Shown here one piece after another: positions 1 to 12,950 of a stretch of DNA of 64,000 nt. The position numbers were made by a program, and so were the translations under genes. Position 1 is the first letter of the stretch; each line of letters begins with the position of its first letter. The DNA lies in contig OZ024744.1 in the NCBI GenBank assembly GCA_964016885.1, positions 46,438,001 through 46,502,000 of the forward strand, in the 5' to 3' direction. Below the pieces are notes generated by a model that had not been told where the DNA came from, searched no databases, and was given only the letters and a program-made list of their open reading frames with translations. Source of the DNA: Eledone cirrhosa. Taxonomy: Eukaryota.

Positions 1-331
1 AGTTGGAACCAGAGGTTTTGTGGCTAAATCTACCTACAATATCATGAAACAACTTTCAGGATCTGGGAATAACAGGACCAAAGTCATGAAACCAGCGGAG
101 AGGAGTTCCAGCTGGATATTGTCGAGGAAGAACAAAACAAATGTTGGAGGGCATTATGTTTGTATGTTAACGTGTGTTAAGAGAAGTAATATCCATGAGC
201 TCTGTTGCTTCAGACAGGAACCTCTGGAAGGCGTTTATTGAGGATCCTGTCTCCATGACCCTCACAAAAATAACTGGAGGAAGAAGAAGAAGAAGAAGAA
301 GAAGAAGAAGAAGAAGAAGAAGAAGAAGAAG

Positions 332-361
<30 letters not shown>
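1..361 (+). mobile_element. 3' end of a decayed LINE (RTE-like) with (GAA)n tail
   Basis: Broken frames read ...SMSSVASDRNLWKAFI..., like the DRxxW C-terminus of RTE-group LINEs; followed by a pure (GAA)n tract at 279-361. Confidence 0.5.
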
Positions 362-362
<1 letters not shown>

Positions 363-1239
363 CATATCTATCTATATACCTACCTATCTATCTAGCTCAA
401 AACTTTCTGCAGCGTCTATCTTATGACGTCCCACACGCTACTCCTACTGTCACTGTTGTTTCTACTCTTATTGCTACCACAGCTATCTCCCACCAACACC
501 ACCAAAGTGAGATGTGAATGAGTGAGTGAGGCTGTATGTTTACTTAGGGGAGAGAATTACATGATTGACTGTATATTATGACACTGACACTCATACGCAC
601 ACTCACACAAACCTACACATACACACACAAGTAATGGTCGTCTGCTGGAATGATATAGGAATAGAACAAATACAGAAAGACACTATTAGGTCGTCAGTTT
701 GATACTAGGCGAAAGTTTGCTAAGAGTGAACGTAACAGTGGAAATCGCTAATTTCATGATCTGGATGTTCTGTTGTTTCAACAATTGGACCACTCTATTC
801 TTTCTTCTCAAAACCTTTTATATTTCATCTTACTCATATTTGTCATCCATAATTTTTCGCCCTGGAAGCAATTGACAAATTCATTTAAAAACAGTGTCTC
901 TTCAGAAAATTACGTTATCAATATTAATACAGCACATAATAATGATAACCATTTCAATGCAACTACTAACTTAAACAATAATAATATTAATGATGTAAGG
1001 AAAATTTCAAATAGCTCAGAAAGAAAGCGCCAAAAGAGAAAGGAAATTTGACAGAAAAAAAGAAGAGATGAAATAAGAGAGGAAAATAGATTGGCACATA
1101 AGAGGAAACTTGGCAGAAGAAAGAAGAGATGAATTAAGAGAGGAAAATAGAATTTCTCACAATAAAGCATGACATTCTCAGACTACGGAGGTACAAAAAA
1201 TTGTAACTCAAGTAAAAAGATCAAGGTATGTTGAACTAC

Positions 1240-1500
1240 GTAGTTCTGTTAAATCGTTTACAAATGCAGCATTTGAATATGATTCAAGTAAAAATGATGA
1301 TAATTTTATTTTATGATAAGTTTATTTTATCGGTGATTTAAATGAACAAATTAATATTAGGTAGCTAAGGGTAGAAGAGTATTCACATTTAAAAGATTCT
1401 CTAAATAATGAAGGAGTACTCAATGCAGAAGAATTAGGTAGCGCTGTATATTTATAACATTCACTTGCAGTCCTAAATAAAACGAAATCATGGAGAACCC
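1240..1500 (+). mobile_element. Helitron RepHel remnant
   Basis: Translates KSFTNAAFEYDSSK and LRVEEYSHLKDSLNNEGVLNAEELGSAVYL, resembling the Helitron AAFxYD and LRxExYxHLxDA...G..VILP motifs; contains stops. Confidence 0.55.
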
Positions 1501-1744
1501 ATAAAAAGGTAAAAAACCCAAAGATAGGCACGACATAATTGCAAATGCTTTCAAGCCACCATCCGACGTTGTGCAAAACTCATCTGCAATGTCAGGTTCG
1601 ACAGCGCCGACTGGGAAGAGGTGAAGATTTGAGTGAGGTTCGGTGGCCTCGGCCTCCGATTCGGATTTGGCACTGCTTGCCTATCTCTCCTCAACCTCCT
1701 CCAATCACACCCTCGTCATCGAGGTCCTCAGCAAGACAGCCAGA

Positions 1745-2260
1745 CCTGACGTGACCACATAGCTTGAGCAGGCTCAGGACAATTGGACAGGTGAAGGTCT
1801 CTCTGTTATCCAGTATACAAAGTTCCAACGCAAATGCAGATCTTCCTTCAGCAGGATCGAGTCTGTCTTCGAAGAACACTGCCTCGCTTGCCTCCGATGT
1901 GCTTCGCAGTCAAACAGCGATGCATTGCTCAAATCTGTGTTCTCATCAACTGGTTCCCTTCTTGATGACGAGTGCATACACATCAGAGTGGCCCAACGCC
2001 TCGGCCTCCATGTAAAGAATTCACACAAATGCTGTTGTGTGGCTGTTTGTGGCGTGTTTGGGCTACATCCACTGTCATGTCGCCAGAACGCAGGCCAGTT
2101 CGCCCGACATGCCCATCTCAACAACATACTGAGAACGACACTGGACTCAGCTGGCTTCTCATCACAACTGGAGCCAGCAAGTCTCGACCATGGAGAGGGC
2201 AAGCGACCCGACGGAATTACCCTCTTTTCATTCGAAGGAAGCCGTATGCTGTAATACGTT
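1745..2260 (+). mobile_element. CRE-like non-LTR retrotransposon fragment (Zn knuckle + restriction-like endonuclease)
   Basis: ORF 1925-2254: RLGL..C.C......GLHPLSC....G..ARH..LN.I....L......LEP....GKRPDGITL, the typical CCHC + RPD RLE domain. Confidence 0.8.
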
Positions 2261-3080
2261 TTCCGCCACAAACCCCGGTATTTCGGTGGGTTGGAGGACA
2301 GTGTCTTCTGAGGCAACCACTCCGACTGCGACCGAGACATCAGATATGATTAATTTAGCGTTTACGTGGTCACTCAAACGCTTGGCGCTAGTATCTGGGG
2401 TGGAGGATTGGGGGCAACCGAGAGCAGGGTGTGTGGCGACCTTCGGCATCCTTGGAATGGGCGCTTGCCCAAAGGACGAAACATTGTCCTTGACAAAGGC
2501 TGCTGTCGACAGGCCGCCTCGGTCAGCGCCAGAACTGGGGAGGCCGAGGGCGAGTGGGGCGAAACAGAAGAGTCGCTCCCAGTCGCTGGCTCGATTGGAG
2601 TCCAGGGCACTCTCAATCGAGGAAGCGAGGACATCGGCTACCGACACTCGGGTCGCTCACGGGATCCTGAGCAGAATCTTCCGGAGCCGCCTGAGCCGAG
2701 CGATGTTGACCAGCGAGTCTTGTGCATCAGACAAGCTTGCTGTCTAACCTCGTGGTGTGCCAGTTGGCGGCGGCTGAGCAGACGAGGAGAAGAGACAGTT
2801 TCTGCATCTCCACGCTGCGAGGGCACTGGAGGCTCGACGCGTCAAACCAACACATGTGAGCTAGTGGAAGCAGCCGCACCCCGAACAGTTCCGGCCCCTC
2901 GTCCGTCTGATCGTGGTGCTGCAAGTGATACAGGTGTCGACTGGGGAGGATGAAGGATGGGTTGTGGTGTCGGTACTGGGGCACCAAGCGGTATCAGGAG
3001 CGAGTGGCAGGTTGTCACCAGCCTGGGTGCTTGGCTCAACTGTATGTGGGCGGAAGGGAAAGTGTTGGTATGGGTGAGGC
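2261..3080 (-). mobile_element. Inverted N-terminal part of a CRE-like element
   Basis: GC-rich; minus ORF 2228-2647 DWERLFCFAPLAL...VNAKL...DVSVAVGVVASEDTV resembles the pre-RT region of CRE-like LINEs. Confidence 0.55.
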
Positions 3081-3309
3081 CTCATAGCTCAACTACAGCA
3101 GATCTGGAGGCGACAGAATACAAGATAGAAAAGAACGGGGGTGCATGGAAGGGGACACACGAGAACGTAGAATGTTAGCAAATAAATAAATAAAAGGATG
3201 AATGTACAAAAATAAAACATGGGGTTGTTCCCAGCGGAAAGACCCAGAGTTCGGCACGCACACATGCGAGCATATTAGCAGTTTCTCATAGAACCATGTG
3301 GCTAAATAT

Positions 3310-6300
3310 GACCAGGGAAGGTGTCGTCTCTTTTGTAACAGAAAATTCACTCTCTGTCCTCATTCCATGACAGCCTATTTATCGAACGATGGTTATTTCT
3401 TTATCAAAGGTCGATGACTACCCATTACGTTCTCTTTCACAGGAATGGCCATGTCAGTGAAAGGAAACGCTGGAACATTTCTCTCGCTATATTAGTTCCC
3501 CGCCCAGATCGAAACGTGAGTAGGGATCAATAATGGAAACGGTAGCAAAATAGAGGACCAATAACCTCGGACCAAAAACTGTCAGCTACTTCCCTTGTGA
3601 ATAGAGAGAGAGAAAATACCGTTACTCGACATATTGAACAGAGCGAGATGGCCAATATACATGTCGACCGTATCTGGAGCTTGTTGTTGTTATAGAGTTC
3701 GTATTACCGGTAGATGGGAGCGTTGATGTTGGGTTTACTTGGTCTGACAGTGGGCAAAAAAACCGAACGTCGATGCTTTAGAGGTACGTAAGGGCGCGCG
3801 TGACCCGTAGACACATCCCACTAAATACCACCAGGAGAAAAAGGTAGAGGGGGGAGTTTGAAAGACAAGGAAGAAGATGAAGACTTTCGGTGTTTGAGGA
3901 GCTACCTGTCCGCCTGTTGGCAATATATCGGAGGCTGATGGAAAAAGAGGTGTGCAGTGCACCCAAGAGTGCACGAGAGAGGGCATCAGATGCAGAATTG
4001 TCTATATGGCGAATATCTGTAGTATATTGGGATATAAAATGTATTTGATACACTTCTCTAGGTGAGTGGTGATCAGGCTTGGAATATAAAGCGTACATGA
4101 GAGGTTTATAGTCCATGTAAATAGAAAACACAGAACCTTCTAACATGTGCCGGAAATGTCTCACACTGAGGTACGCTGTCAAATGTTCCCGGCCGAATGT
4201 GCTATACTTTCTTTCAGCAGGTTTGAGTCGCCTAGAGAAGAATGAAATTGGTTGCCATGCATTGTCTACACATTGTTGGAGGATGCCACCGACGCCGACA
4301 TCCAATATATCGACGAACAGACAAAGCGGTGCGTCAGGTTTGAGATGAACCAAAATCGTGGCCTCTGTCAAGACCCTTTTCATTTTAAGGAAAGCAGCTG
4401 CTAAAATAGACTTAACTTTGTCGTGGCGGGGCGGATTCCTTGTTGGTAAACCACGTACTACTGTGTCGATGAAACGCTGGAAGGTTGATGCAACATTGCA
4501 TAAACCGGATGGCAGCCTAAGAAACTCGAAGAGGGTGAAAGGAGTTGTAATGGCCGTTTTAAGAATGTCATCCGGTTCAACAGGAATCTGGTTGTACTCC
4601 CACACGAGGTCAATTTTTGAAATAATCCTAGCACCATGTAGGGAAGCAGAGAAATTCAGTGAGGTACCGGGTACTTATTGGGTTTTGTGCGTGTGTTAAG
4701 AAACCGATAGTCCCCACACGGTCGCCAATCACTTACAGATTTCTGGGAAACATGTGAAGTGGGGAAGACCAGCTGCTACTGGATGGACGAATAATGCCCA
4801 GTTCCAACATAGGATCGAACTCTGCTTTAGCGATCTTAGCATGCTCAGGAACGAGTCGCCGTGATTTAGCAGAATCCGGAGGGCTCTCGGTCACGATATG
4901 ATGCGTAACACTGTGGGTCACCAGCCGACTGTTACAAATAGGGTGTGAGATCTCAGGATGCCTGACAGAATAGCGCCGTATCTGCCAGACTGCCTGGTTT
5001 AAAAAAAACAAGCTTGAGGGAGGGTGCGATAGTGCTGATACCCCGATTATTCAGACCACTGGTGAAATTAATCAGTCTGTTGTGTTTAACGTCCACCAGG
5101 AGGCCAAAATGAAGTAGAAAATCCGCTTCTAGGATCGGAGTCGGCAACTTGACGATGACAAAAACCAACTGGAAAATTCGGCGGAGCAGAAGATCCGGGG
5201 TTAAGGACTTTTCTCCGCATGTGGGTATAGCTGAGTGGTTCAGTGCCTTGAGAAGGATTGTTGTGGGTTCCCTACTACCTGGCACCAGGGCAGATGGTAT
5301 GACTCTAACCTCCGCCCCGGTGTCCACCAGAAACCGGTAGATCGGTCGCCAATGTGTAAAGAGAGGCTAGGTTTGGAAGAGTCAGGTGTAGTTGCCATCG
5401 TTTGTACCTGGTCACGTGGTTACCCGGAACATGGCGGGAGTCCCTTCTAAAAGAACAGGGCAATAGGTATTTACGGGCATTTTCATCGAATTTACTGTGG
5501 TAATAGCATAAGAGATCGGTTGCCCGGGTACGACTCGGGTCTCGCGGGCGCTGATGTAAATCGCGCCGAGATGAGCTGGCGTTGCTGCGTGGCTGTATCT
5601 GCAGTTTAGCATAAGTGCGTTCAATTGTGCCTCCTGTCTCACATCCGAGACAGAAGACGGGAAGGAGAAGAAGGAGAAAATGAGGAAGAAAGAGGGGAAG
5701 AAGAGAGCTTTGTGTGTGTGTATGTATCCCCTGGGCCACAAATGACCGTGGTGCTGCTACCGCCATTATTATATCGGCTGAATCCGCTAGCACCTCGATT
5801 TGGATAGATGCTTCACTGGCCGCCAAAATGCTGCGAGTTGCTGGTGGCAGACTTTGTAGGAAAATTTGTTTCAAGATGGCCCACTCCATGGTGTTCTCTC
5901 CCAACAGTTGTTTTAACTGTCTTAAGAACTGTAACGGTTGCCTATCGCCCAACTCCCCTGAATAAAGCAGCTGGTTAATCCATTGCTGCTGAGAGACGGA
6001 TGTTCGCTTTACAAGTTCGGACCTAAATGTGGCATATGAATATGGGCCTGGTGGTGCTGTAAGTAAATCCTGGATCTCCTGCAGTTGTTCAGGGGGAAGC
6101 GCCCCGACAACATGGGAAAGTTTGGTCCTGTATGGCGAAATATTGTGTTTGAAATTAGGCCTCGATATATCTGACCCAAATTGTAGGATCATGAGGCCAG
6201 AATGTCAGGATCCACAGAGATATTGCTGCTTGTAACGAAGATGATGCTTGGTAAATATTGATTAATCAGAAAGCTGCTTGTTCGAAACACGTCGGGGTCA

Positions 6301-6737
6301 CCAATTGAAGTGAAGCGAACTTAATAGTTGTTGAAAATAAACAGGACAGAATAGTTAATTTCGGTTAGATATAAAATCTACTTCACTTCAGTTAGAGAAG
6401 GAAAACGGAATATGATTACTACTAATCATAAAAGTACAAAGTTGTATGTAAACATTCGTAAATGAATACCGTGTTGTTGAAGATACTTTGTTTTATGTGT
6501 TATGCTGAAATAGAAGGTACCAGGCTCTCGTCCGTCATTAATATCACCATAGAAGTTAAAAGCCAAGTGACCAGGGAAGGTGTCGTCTCTTTTGTAACAG
6601 AAAATTCTCTCTCTGTCCTCGTTCCATGACAGCCTATTTATCGAACGCAAGTTATTTTTTTATCAAAGGTCGATGACTCCCGCTGCGTTCTCTTTCATAG
6701 GAATGGCCATGTCAGTGAGAGGAAACGCTGGAACATT
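3310..6737 (-). mobile_element. Ty3/Gypsy LTR retrotransposon, decayed (gag, protease, RT, RNase H; integrase missing)
   Basis: gag 5305-6192 (ELGDRQPLQFLRQLKQL); protease DTGA at ~5327; RT ([33 protein letters not shown]...TFQR); RNase H ([18 protein letters not shown]). Matching LTR pieces at 3310-3480 and 6568-6737; PBS ends at 6303. Confidence 0.92.
6265..6303 (-). promoter_or_regulatory. Extended primer binding site complementary to the 3' half of tRNA-Trp
   Basis: Plus strand ATCAGAAAGCTGCTTGTTCGAAACACGTCGGGGTCACCA abuts the LTR and matches the eukaryotic tRNA-Trp 3' half including CCA. Confidence 0.8.
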
Positions 6738-6867
6738 TCATTCGACACACACCATCATCAATTCAAGGGAATTAATTTGAAATAGATGTATGGGGAAATG
6801 ACTTCCATTTGACATTACTTGCTCTAATAACAATAGCAACAATAGTAATACTTCACTTAACCGTGAG

Positions 6868-9800
6868 TTGATCAATGAATCAGAGACTCTACAATCCTCG
6901 TCAGGCACCAGGGGGAAGAACATTCGAACTGAAGGAGGACAGAAGAAAAAAACTCAAAGTATCAGAAAATATGATTTGAAATTTGAATTTATTCAAGAAC
7001 CTGACAGTGAGCTGGATCCACTGCTGCTTTGTGTTGTGTGTTCTGAGAATTAATCCAATGATACCATGAAACCTTTGAAACTTGGAAGACACTTGCAATC
7101 AAATCACCCGGATTTAGCTAAGATATCATTTGAATGTTTTCGAAGACTGGTATAGAAATATGTAGAAGGACAGAAGCGCTTTAAAAAAATGACTGTTAAT
7201 GGCAAGTCTTTATTAAAGCTCTTATCTTATTAAAGCTTCTTATCTGATAGCTCTTCAGGTCACGTAAAATAAAAAGCCGTATACTATTGGAAAAGAATTA
7301 ATCCTAAACAGACGGTAGTCCGTTTAGTAATATTGTTGTGGTCGTGTTTTCGTTGGCAATCGTCTGTTTACGACAGTACAGCGCGGCTCTACTTTATTTA
7401 ACTGAGATAAAACTTATATGAGCATGAACAGTAGATCATTACGCATCTTTTGTCTTAAAAATCTAGAAATTTGGTCCAGCGGGAAAAAAGTTTATAATCA
7501 AAGTTTGCTGATAAATCTTGTGTTCAAGTGAGTGAGTAGTAAGCGTGACGCTAGGGGAGGTAATCCAGAAATGACGACGTTTGGAAAAGTTTAATTACTG
7601 CATGAAAGAAATGATTCAAAAATTGAACTTGCCCAATCTTCACAACATTGAAAATTGGTCAAAATTTGACAAATCTGACTTCAAATCAGATATGATTCAT
7701 TTGAACAATGCTGGAAATCTTAAATTGACACAAATTTTTGCCAATGTTTTTGCCACCTGATCCTTGTTCTATGGCTGACTGACTAATTTTGTGACTTAAT
7801 AAAATGTCATCATACTAGTAATGCACAATGGTCATTTTTAAATTTAAATTTTATTAAATAGTTGTTGCTTGCATTGCCTTAAAATAGTAACATGAATGTA
7901 CACATACTTTTTAAAAATACATCATTATCAGTCAAATCAGTCAAATGTCACTAAAAGCCAGGTGGTCGATAACAACTTCTATAAGATTAGTTACATGCTC
8001 ACACATTGGATCACCTCTCATCAATGGCATTGGGTGTCTGAGATAATCGTGGAGATAACTGATGAAGTCACAAATGAAGTGATGGTCTTCCAGTGTGAAC
8101 AACTCCCTATATCCATTGATATATGTGATGGCTTCCGATTCATAGGTGCATTTTATGAGGAATTTCCATGCATCCGATTTTCAGTGATTCAATGGGCATT
8201 TTATCAGAGATGATAAGGTATTTGACCACGTTTTGCTTTGTAAGTAAATTGGAGAGAATCACTGCAGTCAAAGTCATTTCTTTGCATGAGTTTTTGTCCA
8301 TTCTAAAAAGTTAAAATGATAAAGTATTACTACTATATAACTTACATCTATTGTTGTAACACCATTGAAATGCACAAGTTTCACCAATTCACTATTATGC
8401 ACTAATCATCTCAAATGCATTCATGATTTACTAGCTTTGTCATTAAGCCAGTTGCCTCAACTAGATTGCAATTATACTCAAAAGAACTTTAAAATGTCAA
8501 TCAGTTGTCAGTAATTCACTATGATCATTTAATTATTAGATAGTTGTTGCTTGCATTGCCTTAAAAAATAGTAGACCAGATAGAAAAATGCGTACAGCAA
8601 AAAAAAGTAATATTGTTGGAATATAAACCTTTAAAAATACAGGACAAGAAACTAAAATAAAACTTTAAAAGAATAGGACAAGAAACTAAGACAAAACTTT
8701 AAAAGAATAGGACAAGAAACTAAGATAAAACTTTAAAAGAATAGGACAAGAAACTAAGATAAAACTTTAAAGAATTGGACAAGAAATAAAAAAATTTACA
8801 ATAATATTAGTGGCAAAATCTTTTTATTCGTTTCCTGTGCTATGCCCCAGTATCTTCTTGATTAGTGCATAATAATTGTCATGCTCTCATTGTGCGTTGC
8901 CCCTGAGCGGTTGGTTCTGGTTGGGGTTGGTTGGCTGAGCAGTTCTGCTCCGTCAGAATGACCATTGCAAGAAGAATTGGCCGATGCAGCTGCAGGTCTC
9001 CTCCAAGAATGCACTTCTGGTCCCGCAACACCAGACGAAGATGGAGAAGACGACCGGGACAAGATGTCGACTCTGACCACCGACTACGGCACCTCCCTCA
9101 ACCACCGGTCCTCCCTCCCTCTGTCCCGTCATCCCTCCAGTCCTCCTGCTCCCCCTTCCTGTACCAGAAAGGTGTGGCACGCATTCATCTGGACTGTCGG
9201 ACTTGAACTCAAGGACAAGATGCAAGGAGAAGATGGACGGGTTGGTCAAGATCAAGGATGAGCGGGACGACAAGACCGTCCGCTGCTGCTCAAGATCTGT
9301 GCTCATAGGCCCATGGGTCCATTCACATTATGCATGACAAATGAGGCGTGTCGCCGAATGATGAAATAGGGGTATGGTTATGGCCTAATTGGTGTTCAAA
9401 CCAGGATCAAATGATCCCCCCGGTCTGACGACGACCTCTGAATATGGAACCCAGAGCCTATGAGTGTGGAACTCGATTTTTTACCAATAAAAATTTTGCC
9501 ACTAATATTATTGTAAAATTGTTTATTTCTTGTTCAATTCTTTAAAGGTTTATCTTAGTTTCTTGTCCTATTCTTTTAAAGTTTTATTTTAGTTTCTTGT
9601 CTTATTCTTTTAAAGTTTTATTTTAGTTTCTTGTCCTGTATTTTTAAAGGTTTATATTCCAACAATATTACTTTTTTTTGCTGTACGCATTTTTCTATCT
9701 GATTGAAGAGATGGCTGAAGAAATTGAAAATCAAGTTATGAAAATGGTGATACATTCAACATTTTATTTAATTCGACTTGATGAATCAACGAACATAAGT

Positions 9801-11326
9801 AACAAGGCACTTCTCCTTTGTTTTGTGAGGGTTGAGTGTGAAGGAGAGTTACATGAAGAACTACTTTGTTCGCTCAACTTGCCGGGTTGAACAACTAGCA
9901 CTGAGAATGTTGAAGTACTTAATAGTTATTTCCCCTGAACATGGAATTGAATAGAAAAATCTATTGAGATATTTACAGACGGTACCGCAAACATGACTGG
10001 ATATCTTTCAGGAATTGTTGCAAAGGTGAAAAATGTTGGTTACCCAGACATTTTGTCTACACACTGCATAATAGATCGTGAGCAACTTGCGGGGGAAAAT
10101 GTCCCCAGAACTACATGAAGTATTATCAGACATTATCAAAATTATAAATGAAATTCGACAGAAAGCGCAGAATTCTCGAACATTTGAGGCACTTTGTGAA
10201 GAAATTGGCTCCCAGTATACTCCCAGTATTCTTCCCGCTGAGGTGAGATGGATCTCGTGGGGTAAAATACTAACACGACTGTTCACCCTGCGCGAAGCTG
10301 TTAAACTATTTTTCCAGCACCAAAATCATCCGAAATTTCAAGAACTCTTTTCCAACGATCAGTGGGTAGCCAAGCGTGCATACCTAGTAGATATGATTTT
10401 CGCTGTAAATGAGCTACACGTATTCTTGAAATGACAACTTACGTACTTATTCACACTACAAGATATGATGGATGCTTTTCAAAAGAAAATATCACTGTGG
10501 CAAAAGCGGTTGACTGAAGAAGATCTGCAAATGTTTTCAAATTTAGATGAATTTATGTGAAGGATGTCAACCTGCAGGTGGTAACCATTGTTCAACAGCA
10601 CTTACAATCACTCACATAATTTTTAGGTCGTTATTCCCTAAAGGAAGAATATATGTGGATAATAGATCCATTTGCAGCAAACATTAAAGATATCAATTTA
10701 AGCCCGAATGAAAACGAAAACCTCTTCGATCTAGCATCCGACGACAGTCTCAAAGCTAAATTCCAGTCATCCTTATCAAGACCTCATTTTTGGCTCTCCA
10801 TATAAAGTGAATACCTATTTCTGAGTGAAAAAAAGTAATGAAAATTTTGATTCAATTTTCAACAACATATTTGTGCAAAAAGACATTTTCATCTGTCACA
10901 GCAATTAAAACTTGGTGCCTGTCTCGGCTTGAAATAAAAACTGCTCCCCGTCTTGCAGTAACGTCATTGGAGCCAAAAATCCATGAACTTATTTCAAATG
11001 AGCGGGAACAAATATCACACTAAAATGTGTAACACTTAAATAAGCTTCAATTATTTTGTAATAAACTAACTTTAACAACATTGTTACAATTAAAGAGGCT
11101 TTAAAGATTTTGTTATGATTACATAAGCATTTATAATTCTGTTATAATTAAAAAAGCATTTATAATTTTGTTATATTTAATAGGTGCATTTCATATTAAT
11201 AAAATGAGAGTTCTCTGATCACTATTTTACAAAATATTTACCTTTTTTTTTAAATTCATATTAGGGGTCCGTGGGATTCAGAATCATGAATTTAATGCGC
11301 CGTGAAGTCAGAAAGTTTGGCGATCG
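6868..11326 (+). mobile_element. hAT/Charlie (Buster/ZBED5-like) DNA transposon, pseudogenised and interrupted by an insertion at ~7305-9701
   Basis: BED-like CVVC...MKP.KL.RHL..NHP (7030-7110), LDEST, TDG, HC..R, EVRW.S.GKIL.R and STTYLC...FS motifs; Charlie-type 3' end ...AAAGTTTGGCGATCGCT at ~11326. Confidence 0.88.
8577..9701. mobile_element. Foldback-type element with ~210-240 bp inverted arms built of ~32-bp subrepeats
   Basis: 8577-8819 is the reverse complement of 9493-9701; the arms contain tandem AAAACTTTAAAAGAATAGGACAAGAAACTAAG units. Confidence 0.75.
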
Positions 11327-12078
11327 CTAGTTTAAAGTAATCCACGGTAAATATTGAGAGAGGTGATAGTGTGGTGGTGGCATACAACCCTTTCCACCAC
11401 TCTGGATATTTCCAAAATACATTGCTGTGAAGGTGTTGTTTAGAGGATTATTGATCATAGTAAATTATAATATTCTAGCTGACCTATCCAGCGTCGCCCG
11501 GGTAAAGAGATAAGAGAAGACAGGTAGAAGAGAAAATGACTGTATTGGATGTTTGTCTTGTATACAGTATGAGGCGAGACCGATGTGAGTGTATGTGTGT
11601 AACAAAAAAAAACAAAAAAAAAACAGTAAAACATCTTCCTGATACACCAGATTCTTCGTTTTACCATTCACGCATAATATATGAATATTTCTAGGTGTTC
11701 TCACTCATAAACAACCTACATATAACTGTCCATGGGTTCAAGGCGATTCTCTTATATTCAATTCTACAACTTTGAAACTCTGAGCCTGAACTTTATTTAT
11801 GGTCATAGCAAGGTGGCTCTAACAGGCAACTGAAGTATTGAGAATTTGAAAGGTAGCTCGGTAGAGGAGGGTTTAGAGAAATCTTGGGAATAAATGCATT
11901 TTATCCTTAATGATTGCCTCCAAGCACAGTGACCTCTAGGAGATGGTTCATCATACTTTTAGCTGTAAAGTGTGTGCCATTGCATAGAAGTAGCGGGTTA
12001 ACGTTTCTCAAAAGGATGATGGAAGTTCCAATATTTTATATTATTTTATATATATTGATATAGATAATTATATATAGA

Positions 12079-12378
12079 CTAGCTGGCCCCGTGGCGTCAA
12101 AAATGATAGCTAATTGTAATATCTGTACATAATATAAAAGAGAGGTATTTGTTGGTTAGTTGGTTGGTTAGATCCTTCGCGGTTACTCACACAAATGATA
12201 CAAACATACAAACAGACAGATGTGATGAATATTACAACGCTGGAATCCTAGTTTCTCACCATCACCCCTCAGTAATAGACACCCCTTCCTTCAGTCAACA
12301 TAATCACCCCTTCCTTCCTCAGTCATCTCTAGTGTGTGACGGACAAATACACTAGGCTATTATATTAGTAGTTATAGA
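12079..12378 (-). mobile_element. Short non-autonomous Helitron
   Basis: Minus strand starts TC(TATAACTACTAATATAATAG) and ends in GC-rich ...GCCACGGGGCCAGCTAG before a T. Confidence 0.55.
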
Positions 12379-12784
12379 TATATATATTTATATATATATG
12401 TGTGTGTGTGTGTATACGCGTGCGTGTATGTGTATGTGTGTATTTGTGTGTGCGTTTGTGTGTATGTGTGTAGGTCAGCGTTTGAACTGGAGACGCTGGC
12501 CTCGAAACACGATCATTGACAACTAATGCGTAGAGAGAATCCCTTATGGTTTATTCCCAGCCTGCTAGAAATAGCAGTAAGCTTGGTTAACATACCCCGG
12601 ATGATTTCTTCGTTGATGTTATAAAATTATGATACTATTACCTTGTAAAATTTGATTTGAATTGGTTGAGCCGTTTAGGAATTCATAAGGAAAAGTCAGA
12701 AAGGCAGATCGACAAAGAATTTTATAGAGAGGGAGATTTAATACAAATTTGTATAAAACTTTGATAGTTTTAGGTTCAGTAACG

Positions 12785-12950
12785 TGTCTCACAGGCAGTG
12801 AATTAACAGAGCCGTTAGAACGTCAGATAGAATGCTTTGCAGTATTCAGTTCGGCGTTCTGCTCTCTGAGTTTAAATCTAACTGAGGTCAACTTTCTTTC
12901 ATCCACTTGAGGTTAATAAAATCAAGTTCCAGTCAAGTACTGGAGTAGAT
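12785..12950 (+). mobile_element. SINE, octopod-type core (further copies at 15360-15480, 15722-15880, 29600-29795 minus, 35860-35935 minus, 43930-44040)
   Basis: Recurrent core TCTGAGTTCAAATCC..GAGGTCAACTTTGCCTTTCATCC...GGTCGATAAAATAAAGTACCAGT. Confidence 0.75.

Noticed and set aside
174-395. Poly-Arg (protamine-like) ORF
   Set aside because: It is a translation of the (GAA)n retroelement tail.
6265-6303. tRNA-Trp gene
   Set aside because: Only the 3' half is present, with encoded CCA, abutting an LTR; it is a primer binding site.
9678-11023. Domesticated ZBED/Buster host gene
   Set aside because: Multiple stops and frameshifts, a large insertion and a retained transposon end indicate a dead hAT copy.
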